Positions 52,506 to 63,215 of a stretch of 64,000 bases of DNA are shown here, in pieces. Position 1 is the stretch's first letter. The number at the start of each line of letters is the position of its first letter. The notes under the pieces were generated by a model that saw only the letters and a program-made list of their open reading frames with translations, ran no database searches and was not told the DNA's origin. This DNA comes from an uncultured Thermoanaerobaculia bacterium (GTDB taxonomy: Bacteria > Acidobacteriota > Thermoanaerobaculia > Thermoanaerobaculales > Sulfomarinibacteraceae). Made by a program: the position numbers and the translations under genes. The stretch is from positions 66,545 through 130,544 of the forward strand of contig CAZXMW010000001.1 of assembly GCA_964641415.1 (NCBI GenBank), written 5' to 3'.

Positions 52506-55500
52506 TCAGGACGCGCCGGATGCGTCGAGCATCTGCCTGACCTTGGCTGCCAGGTCCGAATGGGAGAACGGCTTCTGGATGAAGTGGACGCCCTCGTCCA
52601 GGATGCCGCGATGGGCGATCACGTTCGCCGTGTAGCCGGACATGAAGAGCGCCTCCAACCCAGGGTGCAGGGCCAGCAGACGGCCGGCCAGCTCCCGCCC
52701 GGTCATCTCGGGCATGACGACGTCGGTGATCAGGAGATGGATCATCTCCGCGTTGCTCTCGGCCAGGGCGATCGCCTCTGACGGCGAGGCGGCCGGCAGC
52801 ACGGCGTAGCCCAGCCGCTCGAGCATGGTCGCGACCAGCTTGAGCACCAACGGCTCGTCCTCGACGACCAGAACCGTCTCGCCGCCGCTGGCCGGCGCCG
52901 GCGCCGGCTGGCGGCGGTCGACGGCAGCGCCGTGATCACCGACGTGGCGGGGCAGGTAGACCTTCATCGACGTCCCGTGCCCGAGCTCGCTGTAGACGTT
53001 GACGAAGCCGTCGTTCTGCTTGACGATGCCGAACACGGTCGACAGCCCGAGCCCGGTGCCGCGCCCGACGCCCTTGGTTGTGAAGAAGGGCTCGAAGGCG
53101 TTGGCGACGGTCTCCTCGTCCATGCCGTGCCCGTCGTCGCTCACGGCAAGCAGGACGTACGCGCCCGCCCGGAAGCCGGCATGGTCGCGGCAGTACTCCT
53201 CGTCGATGTCGACGTTGGCGGTCTCGATGGTGATCTTGCCGACGCCGTCGATGGCGTCCCGCGCGTTGACGCACAGGTTGGCGAGAATCTGGTCGAGCTG
53301 AGACGGGTCGAGCTTGACCGGCCAGAGTTCGAACCCGGGTTGCCAGACCAGGTCAATATCCTCGCCGATCAGGCGACGGAGCATCCTGAGCATGCCCTCC
53401 ACCGTCGCGTTGAGGTCGAGCACCTCGGGCCTGATGGTCTGCTTCCGGGCGAAGGCCAGCAGCTGTCGGGTGATGTCGGCGGAGCGCCGGGCCGCCTCGA
53501 CGATCTGTCTGAGGTCCTCGCGCAGGGGATCGTCGGCGCCGGTCCTCGACAGGGCGAGCTCCGCGTACCCGCTGATCACGCTCAGCATGTTGTTGTAGTC
53601 GTGGGCGACGCCGCCCGCCAGACGGCCGACGGCCTCGATCTTCTGGGCGTGGTTGAGCTGGGACTCCAGGTTGCGCCGCTCGGCCTCGGTCCGGATGCCG
53701 GCCAGCGCGTAGGCGAAGTCGCCGTTCATCTCCTCAAACAGGCTCAGCTCCTCGTCGTCGACGTCGAGCCGGCCCTCGACGGCCGCCGCCAGGTAGCCGT
53801 ACGTGCGGCCGTCGTGGGTGATGGGGGCGCACAGGGATTGCCCGTCCTCGCAGGCGCCGGCGATCGGGCAGCCGCCGCAGATCTCGGCGCGGTCCTCGAC
53901 GATGATGACATCGTTGACGCTTTTCGCACGCTCGCAGCACGGCGGCAGCTCGCCCTGCTCGAGCATGCCGGCGAGCGGGCGCGAGGCCGCGGCCAGGCCC
54001 TCCATGGCCCACGACACCGGCCGGTCGTCGTCGTCGGTCAGCACGATCAGGGCCGACAGGTAGCCGCGGCTTGCCACCAGCAGCCGGCATCCGGCGGCGA
54101 TGAGACGCTCCGGGTCCCGCTCTCGGACGATGAGCTGGTTGACGTCGCGGATCCCCCGCAGCACCCGGTTGAGGTGCTCGGTCCTGCGCCGTGTGGCGAC
54201 GTGATCGGTGACGTCGACGACGGTGGTCAGGAAGTGCAGCGGCTTTCCGGCAGCGTCCCGCCGGATGGATGCGCTGACGTCGGCCCAGACCTCCGATCCG
54301 TCCTTTGTGAGGTAGCGCTTCTCGAACCTGGCCGCGTCGGTCTCGCCGGAGAGCAGCGGCGCGATCGCTCGTTCGCTCGCCTCGATGTCCTCGGCCGGGG
54401 TGAGGTCGCGCCAGGTCTTGCCTTCGAGCTCGTCGAGGGTGTAGCCCAGGAAGTCCGCGTAGGCCTGGTTGGCGTCGATCTCGCCGGTCGGCAGGGTGAT
54501 CGACTTGCCGACGTTCGCGGCCTCGAACACGTGCTGGAAGCGGTCGAGGCTGTCCTCGAGCTCGCAGGTCCGCTGCGCGACCTGCCGCCGCAACGTCCAG
54601 GACCACGCGAACGCAGCCCCCAGAACCAGCAGCAACGGCACGATCACGACTGCCGAGGCGCGCAGCGCCCTGATCAGCGTCGAGCCGGGCTCCGGGTAGA
54701 CGCCGAGCCACTTACCGTAGATCCGCCGGTAGTCGCCGCTGTGCTCGACGGCCTTGAGCCCCTCGCCGAGCTCGGCCAGCAGCGCCCTCTGTCCCGCAGC
54801 GACCGCGTAGCAGTACTCCGAGCTGAGCAGCGGCGTCTCGTCCGGCACGAGGTCGGTCCAGCCGTTCCTCTCGATCAGGTACAGCGCGGTGATGCGCGAG
54901 ACCAGGGCGCAGTCGTGGCGGCCGCCGGCCAGCTGCCGCAGGGCCTGCTCCTGGTCGTCGACCGCGGTCGCGCGCTGCTCGAGACCGTTGGCCACGACGA
55001 AGTCGTGCAGAATTTCGCCCCGCTCGACGACGATGTCCAGCTGACCGAGCTCCTCGACCGATCGCGGCGCCGGCCGCTCGCCGCGCCGGACGACCGCGAC
55101 GTGGTGGCTCACCGTGTGCGGCTGGGTGAAGTCGAAGGCCAGGTCTCGGTCGGGCGAGTAGAACATCCCCTGCAGGGCGTCGACCCGCCCGTCGTGCAGG
55201 GCGTCGAGCCGCTCGCTCCACAGGCCGAGCCTGATCTCGACGTTGAGCCCGAGCTCGCGGGCGATGGCGCGGGTCAGGTCGACGTTGAAGCCGGCCGGCC
55301 GGCCGTGCTCGTCGAGGAACTCGAAGGGCGGGAAGTTGCGGTCGCCGCCGATCACGATCGGCCGGTCCGGCGGCAGCTGCATGGCGGCGAACCACTCGGC
55401 GTGGAGGCGCCTGAAGGCGCCGTCCGCCATCACGATCGCGAGCCCCTCGTTGAGCAGGGCCAGGGTGTCGCGATCGCCCTCGTGGACGGCGAAGCAGAAG

Positions 55501-56255
55501 TCCTGGACGAAGCCCGCCACCGGCTGCTCGACGACCCGGAGATCGGTCAGGCCGGTCTCTTGAATGAGGCGCAGGGCGACCAGCCGCTGGACGATCACGG
55601 CGTCGTGCAGCCCGTCGGCGAGCTCCCGGAAGGCGACCTCGAAGGTCGGCGTGGTCCGGATGTCGATCTCGAGCGCCTGGCGGCGCAGGAACTCCTCGGC
55701 GTTGTCGCCCGCCATCACCGCCACCCGGCGGCCTTTCAAATCGTTCAGATCGCGGATTGCCAGCTCGTCCTGCCGGACCACGATCGCGCCGTGGAGGGTC
55801 ATGTACGGCACCGTGAAGTCGAACAGGCCTTCGCGCTCCGGAGTCCGGCCGACCAGGGGCAGGGCGTCGACCTCGCCCCGCTCGAGCCAGCCGCGGACCT
55901 CATTCCACGGCCCGGTACGGAAGCTGACGTCGCGCCCCATCGCCGCCAGCGCCGCCCGCATGAGCTCCACCGAGAAGCCCCCGGCGGCGCCGGCGTCGTC
56001 GACCAGGCTGAACGGCGGGTAGTCGAGCTCCGCCGCGGAGCGCAGTGCTTGTCCGCCTCCGTCCGGCTCGCCGGCGGCGGCCGCCGACACGGCAAGCGCC
56101 GTCAGACAGGCCAGGGCGGCCGCGACCCGGCGGCTTGCGGACCTCCGCCGGCCGCGGTCTGCCGCGGCCTTCCGGGTCGATCGGGGCTCTGGTCGTCGGT
56201 CGATCATTTCGTCCGTGGCGATTCTACCTTCGACCCGACCGCTCCGCGTGGACAC
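52506..56255 (-). CDS. Hybrid sensor kinase: 2 periplasmic solute-binding modules, TM, PAS, GAF, HisKA, HATPase, REC (1249 aa; alternative ATG 56207)
   Basis: Two SBP-type-3-like modules ([13 protein letters not shown]..., [16 protein letters not shown]...) and a TM helix [19 protein letters not shown]-box is [14 protein letters not shown] boxes are [23 protein letters not shown]. Receiver reads VLVVEDE...[10 protein letters not shown]. Confidence 0.9.
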   Translation of the reverse strand: MSTRSGRVEGRIATDEMIDRRPEPRSTRKAAADRGRRRSASRRVAAALACLTALAVSAAAAGEPDGGGQALRSAAELDYPPFSLVDDAGAAGGFSVELMRAALAAMGRDVSFRTGPWNEVRGWLERGEVDALPLVGRTPEREGLFDFTVPYMTLHGAIVVRQDELAIRDLNDLKGRRVAVMAGDNAEEFLRRQALEIDIRTTPTFEVAFRELADGLHDAVIVQRLVALRLIQETGLTDLRVVEQPVAGFVQDFCFAVHEGDRDTLALLNEGLAIVMADGAFRRLHAEWFAAMQLPPDRPIVIGGDRNFPPFEFLDEHGRPAGFNVDLTRAIARELGLNVEIRLGLWSERLDALHDGRVDALQGMFYSPDRDLAFDFTQPHTVSHHVAVVRRGERPAPRSVEELGQLDIVVERGEILHDFVVANGLEQRATAVDDQEQALRQLAGGRHDCALVSRITALYLIERNGWTDLVPDETPLLSSEYCYAVAAGQRALLAELGEGLKAVEHSGDYRRIYGKWLGVYPEPGSTLIRALRASAVVIVPLLLVLGAAFAWSWTLRRQVAQRTCELEDSLDRFQHVFEAANVGKSITLPTGEIDANQAYADFLGYTLDELEGKTWRDLTPAEDIEASERAIAPLLSGETDAARFEKRYLTKDGSEVWADVSASIRRDAAGKPLHFLTTVVDVTDHVATRRRTEHLNRVLRGIRDVNQLIVRERDPERLIAAGCRLLVASRGYLSALIVLTDDDDRPVSWAMEGLAAASRPLAGMLEQGELPPCCERAKSVNDVIIVEDRAEICGGCPIAGACEDGQSLCAPITHDGRTYGYLAAAVEGRLDVDDEELSLFEEMNGDFAYALAGIRTEAERRNLESQLNHAQKIEAVGRLAGGVAHDYNNMLSVISGYAELALSRTGADDPLREDLRQIVEAARRSADITRQLLAFARKQTIRPEVLDLNATVEGMLRMLRRLIGEDIDLVWQPGFELWPVKLDPSQLDQILANLCVNARDAIDGVGKITIETANVDIDEEYCRDHAGFRAGAYVLLAVSDDGHGMDEETVANAFEPFFTTKGVGRGTGLGLSTVFGIVKQNDGFVNVYSELGHGTSMKVYLPRHVGDHGAAVDRRQPAPAPASGGETVLVVEDEPLVLKLVATMLERLGYAVLPAASPSEAIALAESNAEMIHLLITDVVMPEMTGRELAGRLLALHPGLEALFMSGYTANVIAHRGILDEGVHFIQKPFSHSDLAAKVRQMLDASGAS

Positions 56256-56306
56256 GATCTCAGCTTCGCCCGAAGCACCTTTCGGGGTCGGGATGGCGGT
56301 TTGCGC

Positions 56307-58679
56307 TCAGTCATCGGGGTCCAGGACCTCTCTCACCTTCGCGGCGAGCTCAGCCATCGAGAACGGCTTCTGGATGAAGTGCGCGCCTTCGTCCAGGACG
56401 CCGTTGCGGGCGATGATGTCGGCGGTGTAGCCGGACATGAAGAGCACCGCGATGCCCGGTCGGAGCTCCGCGACCCGGTCGGCGAGCTCGCGGCCGCTGA
56501 TCTGCGGCATGACGACGTCGGTGAGAAGGAGGTGAATCGGGATCGCGTCGTCGCCGGCGACGGCAAGGGCCTCGTCGGCGGTGCTCGCGGTCAGCACCGT
56601 GAAGCCGAGCCGCTCGAGCAGCTTCCGGCCGACCGCTAGGATCGCCGGGTTGTCCTCGGCCAGCAGCACCGTCTCGCCCGCGGTGGCGCGGGGCGGCTGT
56701 CGGGCCGGCGCCGGGCCGCCGTCGACCGTGCCCTCCCGGCAGGGCAGGAGAATGGTGAAGGTGCTGCCCCGCGCGACCTCGCTGTCGACCCGAACCAGGC
56801 CACCGCTCTGGCGGACGATGCCGAACACGGTGGCGAGGCCGAGACCGGTGCCGACGCCGGTCCCCTTGGTGGTGAAGAAGGGCTCGAAGAGGTGCGACTG
56901 GACCTCCTCGGTCATGCCGCAGCCGTCGTCGGCGACCGACAGGGCCGCGTAGCGCCCGGGCGAGGCCTCCGGGATCGACGCGCAGTCGGCCTCGTCGAGC
57001 TCCTCCGCCCCGGTGGCGATGGTGATGGTTCCGGCGCCCGAGATGGCGTCGCGGGCGTTGACGCACAGATTGGTCACCGCGTGGTCGAGCTGGGCCGGGT
57101 CGACCTCGACCGGGTCGAGGCCGGCGCCCGGCCGCCAGACCAGCTCGACGTCCTCGCCGATGAGCCGGCGCAGCATGGTCAGCAGCCCTTCGACGGCGTC
57201 GTTGAGGTCGAGCAGCTGCGGCGAGATGGTCTGCTTGCGGGCGAAGGCGAGCAGCTGTCGGGTCAGCTCCGCGGACCTGGATGCGGCGGCGTGGATCTCC
57301 ACGAGGTCCTCGGTCCGGGGGTCGTCCGGCGCCGACTCCATGAGGGCAAGCTCGCTGCGGGCCAGGATCACCCCGAGCATGTTGTTGAAGTCGTGGGCGA
57401 CGCCGCCCGCCAGCCGACCCACCGACTCCATCTTCTGGGCCTGGAGCAGCTGCGCCTGCAGCCGCTCGCGCTCGTCCTCCGCGCGCTTGCGATCGGTCAC
57501 GTCGAGGAGGAAGTTGAGGGTCGCCGGCCGGCCCTGCCACTCGACCACGACCGCGCCGATCTCCACCCACCGCACCTCGCCGCTGCGGTGGAGGATCCGG
57601 AACGAGTAGACCTCCGGCAGCTGCTCGCCGGCGAGCCGCTTTAGGTGGTTGTCGACCACCCGGGCGCGGTCTTCGGGGTGGATGTGGTCGGCGAAGGGCG
57701 TGCCCTCGAGCTCCTCGGGCGTGTAGCCGAGCAGGCCAATCGCCTTGCGGTTGACGAAGGCGAAGCGCCCGTCCTGGGCGATGAGTACCAGCTCGTTGGC
57801 GTTCTCGACCAACAGACGGTAGCGCTCCTCGCTCTCCCTCAGCTTGTCGATCGCGCGACGGTGCTCGGTCAGGTCGACGCCGAGACAGGTGACGTCGACG
57901 AAGGCGCCGCGGGCGTCCCGGGTGACGACGTTGGACCAGGCGACGTTGCGGAGCTCGCCCGACCGGGTCACGATCTCGTTCTCGTACGACGTGATGGCGA
58001 CCGAAGGGTCGCTTGCCACCACCGACAGGAAGAACTCGAAGACCTGGGCGCGGATCGCCTTCGGGACGAAGAGCTCGAACCAGTTGCCGCCGAGGACCTC
58101 GTCCTCGCTCCAGCCGGTGAGCTCGAGCAGGTGGGCGTTGGCGAAGACGATCCGGCCCTCGGAGTCGAGCGAGACCCCGATCTGCGGCGTCTCGACCAGG
58201 ATGTTCCGCCACTTGCGCTCGGACTCGACCAAGGCAGCCTCGGCTCGGCTCGCCCGGATCATCGCCGTGCACGCCCTCGGCAAAGGCTGGATCGACGTCA
58301 CGACGTCCTCGGCATAGTCGTCGCTGCGGTTCGCCACGCCGACCACGCCGATCACCTCGTCGCCGGCCAGCAACGGGATCCCCAAGAAGCGCGTGATCGG
58401 CGGGTCGTTTTCGGCGCACCCTCGAAACCGCGGGTCGTGCAGGACGTCGTTGGCGATCACGAGGCGGCGCTCGACGACCGGGGCGCCGGCCAGGGCATCG
58501 AGCTCTTGAAGCTCGGCCCGCTCGGTCTCCAGGTCGTCGAGGAGATCGCCACCCGGAGCTTCCGAAGCGATGTCCAGCAACGCCAGGCGGCGCTTGACCC
58601 ATCGTCCGTCGGGGCCGAGCAGAACCTCGTCGAGGAAGCCGTAGGCGCTGCCGGTCGAGCGGACGAGGATCTCGAGCAT
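56307..58679 (-). CDS. Hybrid sensor kinase: GAF, 2 PAS, HisKA, HATPase, REC (790 aa; possible N-terminal extension, see findings)
   Basis: GAF block reads GFLDEV...GIPLLAGDEVIGVVGVANR. PAS blocks are present. H-box is GGVAHDFNNML; ATP boxes are [23 protein letters not shown]. Receiver reads VLLAEDN...LLLTDVVMPQ. Confidence 0.9.
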   Translation of the reverse strand: MLEILVRSTGSAYGFLDEVLLGPDGRWVKRRLALLDIASEAPGGDLLDDLETERAELQELDALAGAPVVERRLVIANDVLHDPRFRGCAENDPPITRFLGIPLLAGDEVIGVVGVANRSDDYAEDVVTSIQPLPRACTAMIRASRAEAALVESERKWRNILVETPQIGVSLDSEGRIVFANAHLLELTGWSEDEVLGGNWFELFVPKAIRAQVFEFFLSVVASDPSVAITSYENEIVTRSGELRNVAWSNVVTRDARGAFVDVTCLGVDLTEHRRAIDKLRESEERYRLLVENANELVLIAQDGRFAFVNRKAIGLLGYTPEELEGTPFADHIHPEDRARVVDNHLKRLAGEQLPEVYSFRILHRSGEVRWVEIGAVVVEWQGRPATLNFLLDVTDRKRAEDERERLQAQLLQAQKMESVGRLAGGVAHDFNNMLGVILARSELALMESAPDDPRTEDLVEIHAAASRSAELTRQLLAFARKQTISPQLLDLNDAVEGLLTMLRRLIGEDVELVWRPGAGLDPVEVDPAQLDHAVTNLCVNARDAISGAGTITIATGAEELDEADCASIPEASPGRYAALSVADDGCGMTEEVQSHLFEPFFTTKGTGVGTGLGLATVFGIVRQSGGLVRVDSEVARGSTFTILLPCREGTVDGGPAPARQPPRATAGETVLLAEDNPAILAVGRKLLERLGFTVLTASTADEALAVAGDDAIPIHLLLTDVVMPQISGRELADRVAELRPGIAVLFMSGYTADIIARNGVLDEGAHFIQKPFSMAELAAKVREVLDPDD

Positions 58680-58845
58680 CTGGCGGTAGGCGAGTCGGGG
58701 GTTGACCCCTGCGAGAACGAGCTCGTGCGCCCGGTTGACGGCGGCAAGGAGCTCGTTCTGTCTCGCGATCTCGGCGACGCCGGCGTCCGCGTCGACGTTC
58801 GGGCGACCAGTCCGGTCGTTGTCGGCGTTGATGGCTGCCCTCCTC

Positions 58846-61800
58846 TCAGTCTTTCCGCTCCAGCGCCTCGCTGACCTTGATCGCGAGCTCGGCCATGGAG
58901 AACGGCTTCTGGATGAAGTGAACGCCGTCGTCGAGCACGCCCTGGTGGGCGATGACGTCGGCGGTGTAGCCCGACATGAACAGGCGCTTGATCTTCGGGC
59001 ACAGGGACAGCAGGCGGCGCGCCAGGTCGCGGCCGTTCATCTCGGGCATGACGACGTCGGTGATGAGCAGGTCGATGTCGCCGGCGTGCTCCTCGGCGAT
59101 TCGGATCGCCTCGCCCGGCGTCGCCGCGGTGAGCGGCCGATAGCCGAGGCGCTCGAGCATCCGCGCGCCGAGGGCGAGGATCGCGGGCTCGTCCTCGACC
59201 AGCAGAATCGTCTCGTTGCCCGCGGGCGCCGGAAGCGCGGCGTCATCGACCTTCACGGCTCCCGACCCGGCGTGCGCCGGTAGGTAGATCCGGAAGGTGC
59301 TGCCGTGGCCCGGCTCGCTGTAGACGTTGACCGCGCCCCGGTTCTGCCGGACGATGCCGTGCACGGTGGCGAGGCCCAAGCCGGTGCCCTCGCCGACGGC
59401 CTTGGTGGTGAAGAAGGGCTCGAAGATCTTGGCCATGGTGTCGGTGTCCATGCCGGGCCCGTCGTCGCTGACGATGAGCGTGACGTAGTCGCCCGGCGAC
59501 AGCTCGAGGCGACCGGCGTAGGCCTCGTCGTCGATGTACGTCCGACCGGTCTCGATGGTGATGGCGCCGCCGTGGTGGCCGATGGCGTCCCGGGAGTTGA
59601 CCACGAGGTTGGTCAGGAGCTGGTCGAGCTGGGCCGGGTCCAAACGTACCGGAGCGAGCCCGCTTCCCGGCTTCCAGACCAGCTGGATGCTCTCGGTGAC
59701 CAGCCGTCGCAGCATCTTGAGCGCCGTCTCGACGGTCCGGTTGAGGTCGAGCACCCGAAGCGCGATGGTCTGCTTGCGGGCGAAGGCGAGCAGCTGGCCG
59801 GTGAGGTCGGCCGAGCGGCGGGCGGCGGCCGCGATCTCCTCGAGGTCGGAGCGGATCTCGGCGTCGGCGGGCAGCTCGCCGAGGGCGAGCTCGGCGTGGC
59901 CGAGGATGACGTTGAGCTGGTTGTTGAAGTCGTGGGCGACGCCGCCGGCGAGACGGCCGATGGACTCCATCTTGTGGGCCTGAAGAAGCTGGGCCTCGAG
60001 CCGCTTGCGCTCGCTGACGTCGCGCAGGCTGCCGATGATCCGCTCCGGCCGGCCGTCGGCGCCGGGCTGGATCCGGGCCGAGATCGAGCACTCGACCGCA
60101 CCGCCGTCGGGTGTTTTGAGCGCGATCTCGTAGTCCGACACCGCGCCCCGCCGCTCGAGCTCGGTGAGCAGGCGCGCCCGGGCCTCGGGCTCGGCGTAGA
60201 GGTCGAACAGGGACCGTCCGATGAGCTCGTCGCGCCGGTACCCTCCGGACAGCCGCTCGACCGACGGGCTGACGTCGACGATCGTGCCGTCCATGGTGAC
60301 CTCGTAGAATGCGTCCTGGGCGTTCTCGAACAGACCCCGGTAGCGCTGCTCGCTGTCGGCGAGGGCGCTCTCGGTTCGCTTGCGCTCGACGATCTCGCCG
60401 ATCAAGCGGGCGGCGGCGCCGAGCCGCTTCTTGGCGAGCTCGACGATGAACGGCGGCCGGGACTCGTATGCCTCCGCCTGCCGCCGCAGCTCGTCCTCGT
60501 CGACCCGGTAGCGCTCGGCGAGCTCGCGCAGCCGGGCCGGGTCCTGGGGCGGGTCGCCGTAGCCGAAGTTGACCGCGCCGACGACGTCGTCGCCGGCGAC
60601 GACCGGGACGGCGTGGATCCGAAGGCCGCCGTGGCACTCGACGTCGGCGGGCGCGCCGGTCCGGATGCTCTCAAGCGAGGCGTCGCTCCAGCACGACTCG
60701 TGGCACAGCCAGCGGCCGCACGCCAGCGCCTCGCGGTCGTCGTCGGTGTCGCACAGCCGGCGCGACGCCGCGTCGAGGAAGCGGCACCATCCCGACGAGA
60801 AGATGCCGAGGGCGTAGTCGCCGCCGCGCTCGTAGACCGCGGCGGAGGTTCCCAGAAGGTCCAGGTAGTCGGAGACGATGTCGGTCAGCAGCTCGGGGCC
60901 GACCGAGCTGCGGATGAGGCCGTCGGCGTTGAGCCCGGTGAGGTCGCCGTACGGGGGCTCGTAGGACGCCGGGGCCGGCGCCGGCCGGCTGCTCAACAGC
61001 CACTCGATCCGGTGCAGCGCCCGCTCGCCCTCGGCGGTCTCGACCGATTTCCAGACCGCGTCCATGAGCAGGGTCAGCTCGAGGGCGTCGGTGTCGTCGT
61101 AGTCGCCGTCCTTGTTGGCGACGCCGACCACGGCGACGATCCGGTCGCGGTCAAAGACCGGCACCGTGAGAAAGCTCCTCAGGTGGACATGGCCCTCGGG
61201 GACCCCCCTCTTGAGCGGGTGCTCGGCCTGGAAGTCGTTGATGACGATCGGACGGCGCTGGCGCACCGCCTCGCCCCAGATCCCGGTCCGGTCGAGCTCG
61301 TAGCAGGTCTGCGGGTCGGCGACGGAGCACTCTGCCATGACCTCCTTGGACCAGATGTTGAGGACGAGCTCGCGGCGGTCCTCGTCGTAGAAGTAGATGG
61401 AGCCGATCGAGCTTCCGGTCAGCGCGATCGCCCGGTCGAGGGCGTGGTCGAGGAACGCCTGCGTGTCGCCGGCGTCGTGCTGGAGGATCTCGACGATCGC
61501 CTCGAGTCGCTGGTGGTGACGCGCGGCTCGTTGCTCTGCCCGGACGCGTTCGGTGATGTCCCGGAGGGTCCCGATGACGAGCTTGTGTTCGGGGTCGAAT
61601 CGGGCGACCGAGTGGATGTGGCGGACGGCGCCGTCCGACGGGCGCTCGATCTCGAAGACGACGTCGTAGGGTTTCCCGTCGCTGATGAGGCCGTCGAGCG
61701 CGGCGTCGAGCATCTCGCGGTAGCGGGGCAGCGGGATCGCCTGCACGGCCTCGATCGTCCATCGGGCATCGCCGAGCCCGTAGATCCTGTGCGCCTCGGG

Positions 61801-62805
61801 CGACGCGATGACGTCGCCGGTGTCGAGGTCGAAGCGCCACGAGCCGACCTTCGCGATGGCCTGGGCGCGCTCGAGCTCGTCCCGGCTGTCGCGGAGCATC
61901 GCCTCGGCCCGCCTGCGCTCGGTGATGTCGCGAACCGACGCCCACAGGTACTCGAGCTCGCCGGCGTCGTCGCGGACCGCGTAGGCGTGGAGCTCGACCG
62001 GAAAGACCGTGCCGTCCTTGCGGATGTACTCCTTCTCGTAGGCGCCCGACGCGCCGCCGGTCGGGAGGCGCTTGTGCCAGATCTCGGTCGCCTCCCACTC
62101 CCGCCAGCGCTCCGGGGTGATCTGGTAGAAGTCGGCCAGTCCCCGCAGCTCGTCGAGGGAGTAGCCGAGCATGTCGCAGTAGGCCCGGTTGGCGTCGAGG
62201 ATCCGGCCGTCGCCGTCGACCATGACAAAGCCGTCCCGCGAGCCTTCGAAGATCTCCCGGTAGCGCCGGCGGGCGTCCTCGAGGCGCTCGGCCGTGTCGA
62301 TCCTGTGCAGTGCGAAGCCGAGGTCGCCGGCGAGCTCGGCGAACAGGCTCTGCTCCTCGTCGTCGTCGGCGAAGGCGTGGGCAACCGACACCGTGAGCAC
62401 GCCGAAGGTCCGGTTGCCGAACTCGAGACGTCGGCTCAGCACGCTGCGTCCGGCATCAGCTTCTTCCGGCAGAGGACAGTCCTCGCACTCGGCGGCCGGG
62501 TCGGTGAGCGTGACCACGGAGGCGCCCTCGAGGGCGCGTCGCATGCAGGTCGGCCACTTTCCCTCGTCAAGCCGTGCGCGCAGCGCCGCCAGGCCGTCGC
62601 CGAGCCCCGATCCGGTCAGCGCCGCCACCCGGGCGCCGGTCTCGTCGAGCAGCGCGATCCAGGCGTTGTAGTAGCTCAGCCCCTCGGTCAGGACGTCGCA
62701 GGCGCCCTCGATCAGCCGTTGGCGGTCGTTCTCCTTGGTGATCAGCTGGTTGACGTTGCGGATCGCCCGCAGCACCGCGTTGAGCCGCTCGACGTGCTCA
62801 AGCAT
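58846..62805 (-). CDS. Hybrid sensor kinase: GAF, PAS, PAS, GAF, unassigned Cys-rich region, PAS, HisKA, HATPase, REC (1319 aa)
   Basis: H-box is GGVAHDFNNQL; ATP boxes are NLVVNSRDAI, DDGPGM, GTGLGLA. Receiver reads ILLVEDE...[10 protein letters not shown]. Multiple PAS (..DGDGRILDANRAYCDMLGY..) and GAF (..VPVFDRDRIVAVVGVANK..) blocks. Confidence 0.9.
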   Translation of the reverse strand: MLEHVERLNAVLRAIRNVNQLITKENDRQRLIEGACDVLTEGLSYYNAWIALLDETGARVAALTGSGLGDGLAALRARLDEGKWPTCMRRALEGASVVTLTDPAAECEDCPLPEEADAGRSVLSRRLEFGNRTFGVLTVSVAHAFADDDEEQSLFAELAGDLGFALHRIDTAERLEDARRRYREIFEGSRDGFVMVDGDGRILDANRAYCDMLGYSLDELRGLADFYQITPERWREWEATEIWHKRLPTGGASGAYEKEYIRKDGTVFPVELHAYAVRDDAGELEYLWASVRDITERRRAEAMLRDSRDELERAQAIAKVGSWRFDLDTGDVIASPEAHRIYGLGDARWTIEAVQAIPLPRYREMLDAALDGLISDGKPYDVVFEIERPSDGAVRHIHSVARFDPEHKLVIGTLRDITERVRAEQRAARHHQRLEAIVEILQHDAGDTQAFLDHALDRAIALTGSSIGSIYFYDEDRRELVLNIWSKEVMAECSVADPQTCYELDRTGIWGEAVRQRRPIVINDFQAEHPLKRGVPEGHVHLRSFLTVPVFDRDRIVAVVGVANKDGDYDDTDALELTLLMDAVWKSVETAEGERALHRIEWLLSSRPAPAPASYEPPYGDLTGLNADGLIRSSVGPELLTDIVSDYLDLLGTSAAVYERGGDYALGIFSSGWCRFLDAASRRLCDTDDDREALACGRWLCHESCWSDASLESIRTGAPADVECHGGLRIHAVPVVAGDDVVGAVNFGYGDPPQDPARLRELAERYRVDEDELRRQAEAYESRPPFIVELAKKRLGAAARLIGEIVERKRTESALADSEQRYRGLFENAQDAFYEVTMDGTIVDVSPSVERLSGGYRRDELIGRSLFDLYAEPEARARLLTELERRGAVSDYEIALKTPDGGAVECSISARIQPGADGRPERIIGSLRDVSERKRLEAQLLQAHKMESIGRLAGGVAHDFNNQLNVILGHAELALGELPADAEIRSDLEEIAAAARRSADLTGQLLAFARKQTIALRVLDLNRTVETALKMLRRLVTESIQLVWKPGSGLAPVRLDPAQLDQLLTNLVVNSRDAIGHHGGAITIETGRTYIDDEAYAGRLELSPGDYVTLIVSDDGPGMDTDTMAKIFEPFFTTKAVGEGTGLGLATVHGIVRQNRGAVNVYSEPGHGSTFRIYLPAHAGSGAVKVDDAALPAPAGNETILLVEDEPAILALGARMLERLGYRPLTAATPGEAIRIAEEHAGDIDLLITDVVMPEMNGRDLARRLLSLCPKIKRLFMSGYTADVIAHQGVLDDGVHFIQKPFSMAELAIKVSEALERKD

Positions 62806-63133
62806 CGGCGTTCACGGTTTCGCGGAGCTTGGCGGCGAGGTCGGCGAGGAAGAGCGGTTTTTGGATGACGTGCACGCCGTCCTCCAGAATGCCCTTGCGG
62901 GCGATGACGTCGGCAGTGTAGCCGGACATGAAGAGGATCGCGATGCCCGGGCGCAGCGCCGCGACCCGGTCGGCGAGCTCGCGGCCGCCGAGCCCGGGCA
63001 TCACGACGTCGGTGAGGAGCAGGTCGACGGCGGTCGCGAGCTCGGCTGCGGCGCGGACGCGCTCGGAGATATCGGCAGCGCTGCCGTTCCTGGCGTGATG
63101 GCGCGTGTCGCCGGTCGGTCTGTCCGCTGTCAT
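62798..63133 (-). CDS. Receiver-domain fragment lacking the N-terminal acidic pocket (111 aa); truncated paralogue or pseudo-receiver
   Basis: GAGGA lies 6 nt upstream of ATG 63133. It aligns only from beta3 onward (AVDLLLTDVVMPGLGGRELA...[28 protein letters not shown]). An in-frame stop lies 27 nt upstream. It overlaps the next gene start by 8 nt. Confidence 0.55.
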   Translation of the reverse strand: MTADRPTGDTRHHARNGSAADISERVRAAAELATAVDLLLTDVVMPGLGGRELADRVAALRPGIAILFMSGYTADVIARKGILEDGVHVIQKPLFLADLAAKLRETVNADA

Positions 63134-63215
63134 GTCGTGTCCTCGCAGGCGCCTGCCTCATCCAGTGTAGACCACAGACTCCTCTGTCGGCTCCAGAGCC
63201 GGGCCGCGGCGTGCG

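Noticed and set aside
52564-58920. Identical 23-mer GAGAACGGCTTCTGGATGAAGTG at 52564, 56359 and 58898, which looked like a dispersed repeat or REP element
   Set aside because: It lies in frame on the minus strand and encodes the conserved HFIQKPFS end of the paralogous receiver domains. This is coding conservation, not a mobile or regulatory repeat.
52932-62868. Plus-strand ORFs 52932-56639 (1235 aa) and 59305-62868 (1187 aa)
   Set aside because: They are antisense to hybrid kinases with complete H/N/G boxes and receivers. The translations are Val/Asp/Gly/Arg-rich mirror-frame sequences.
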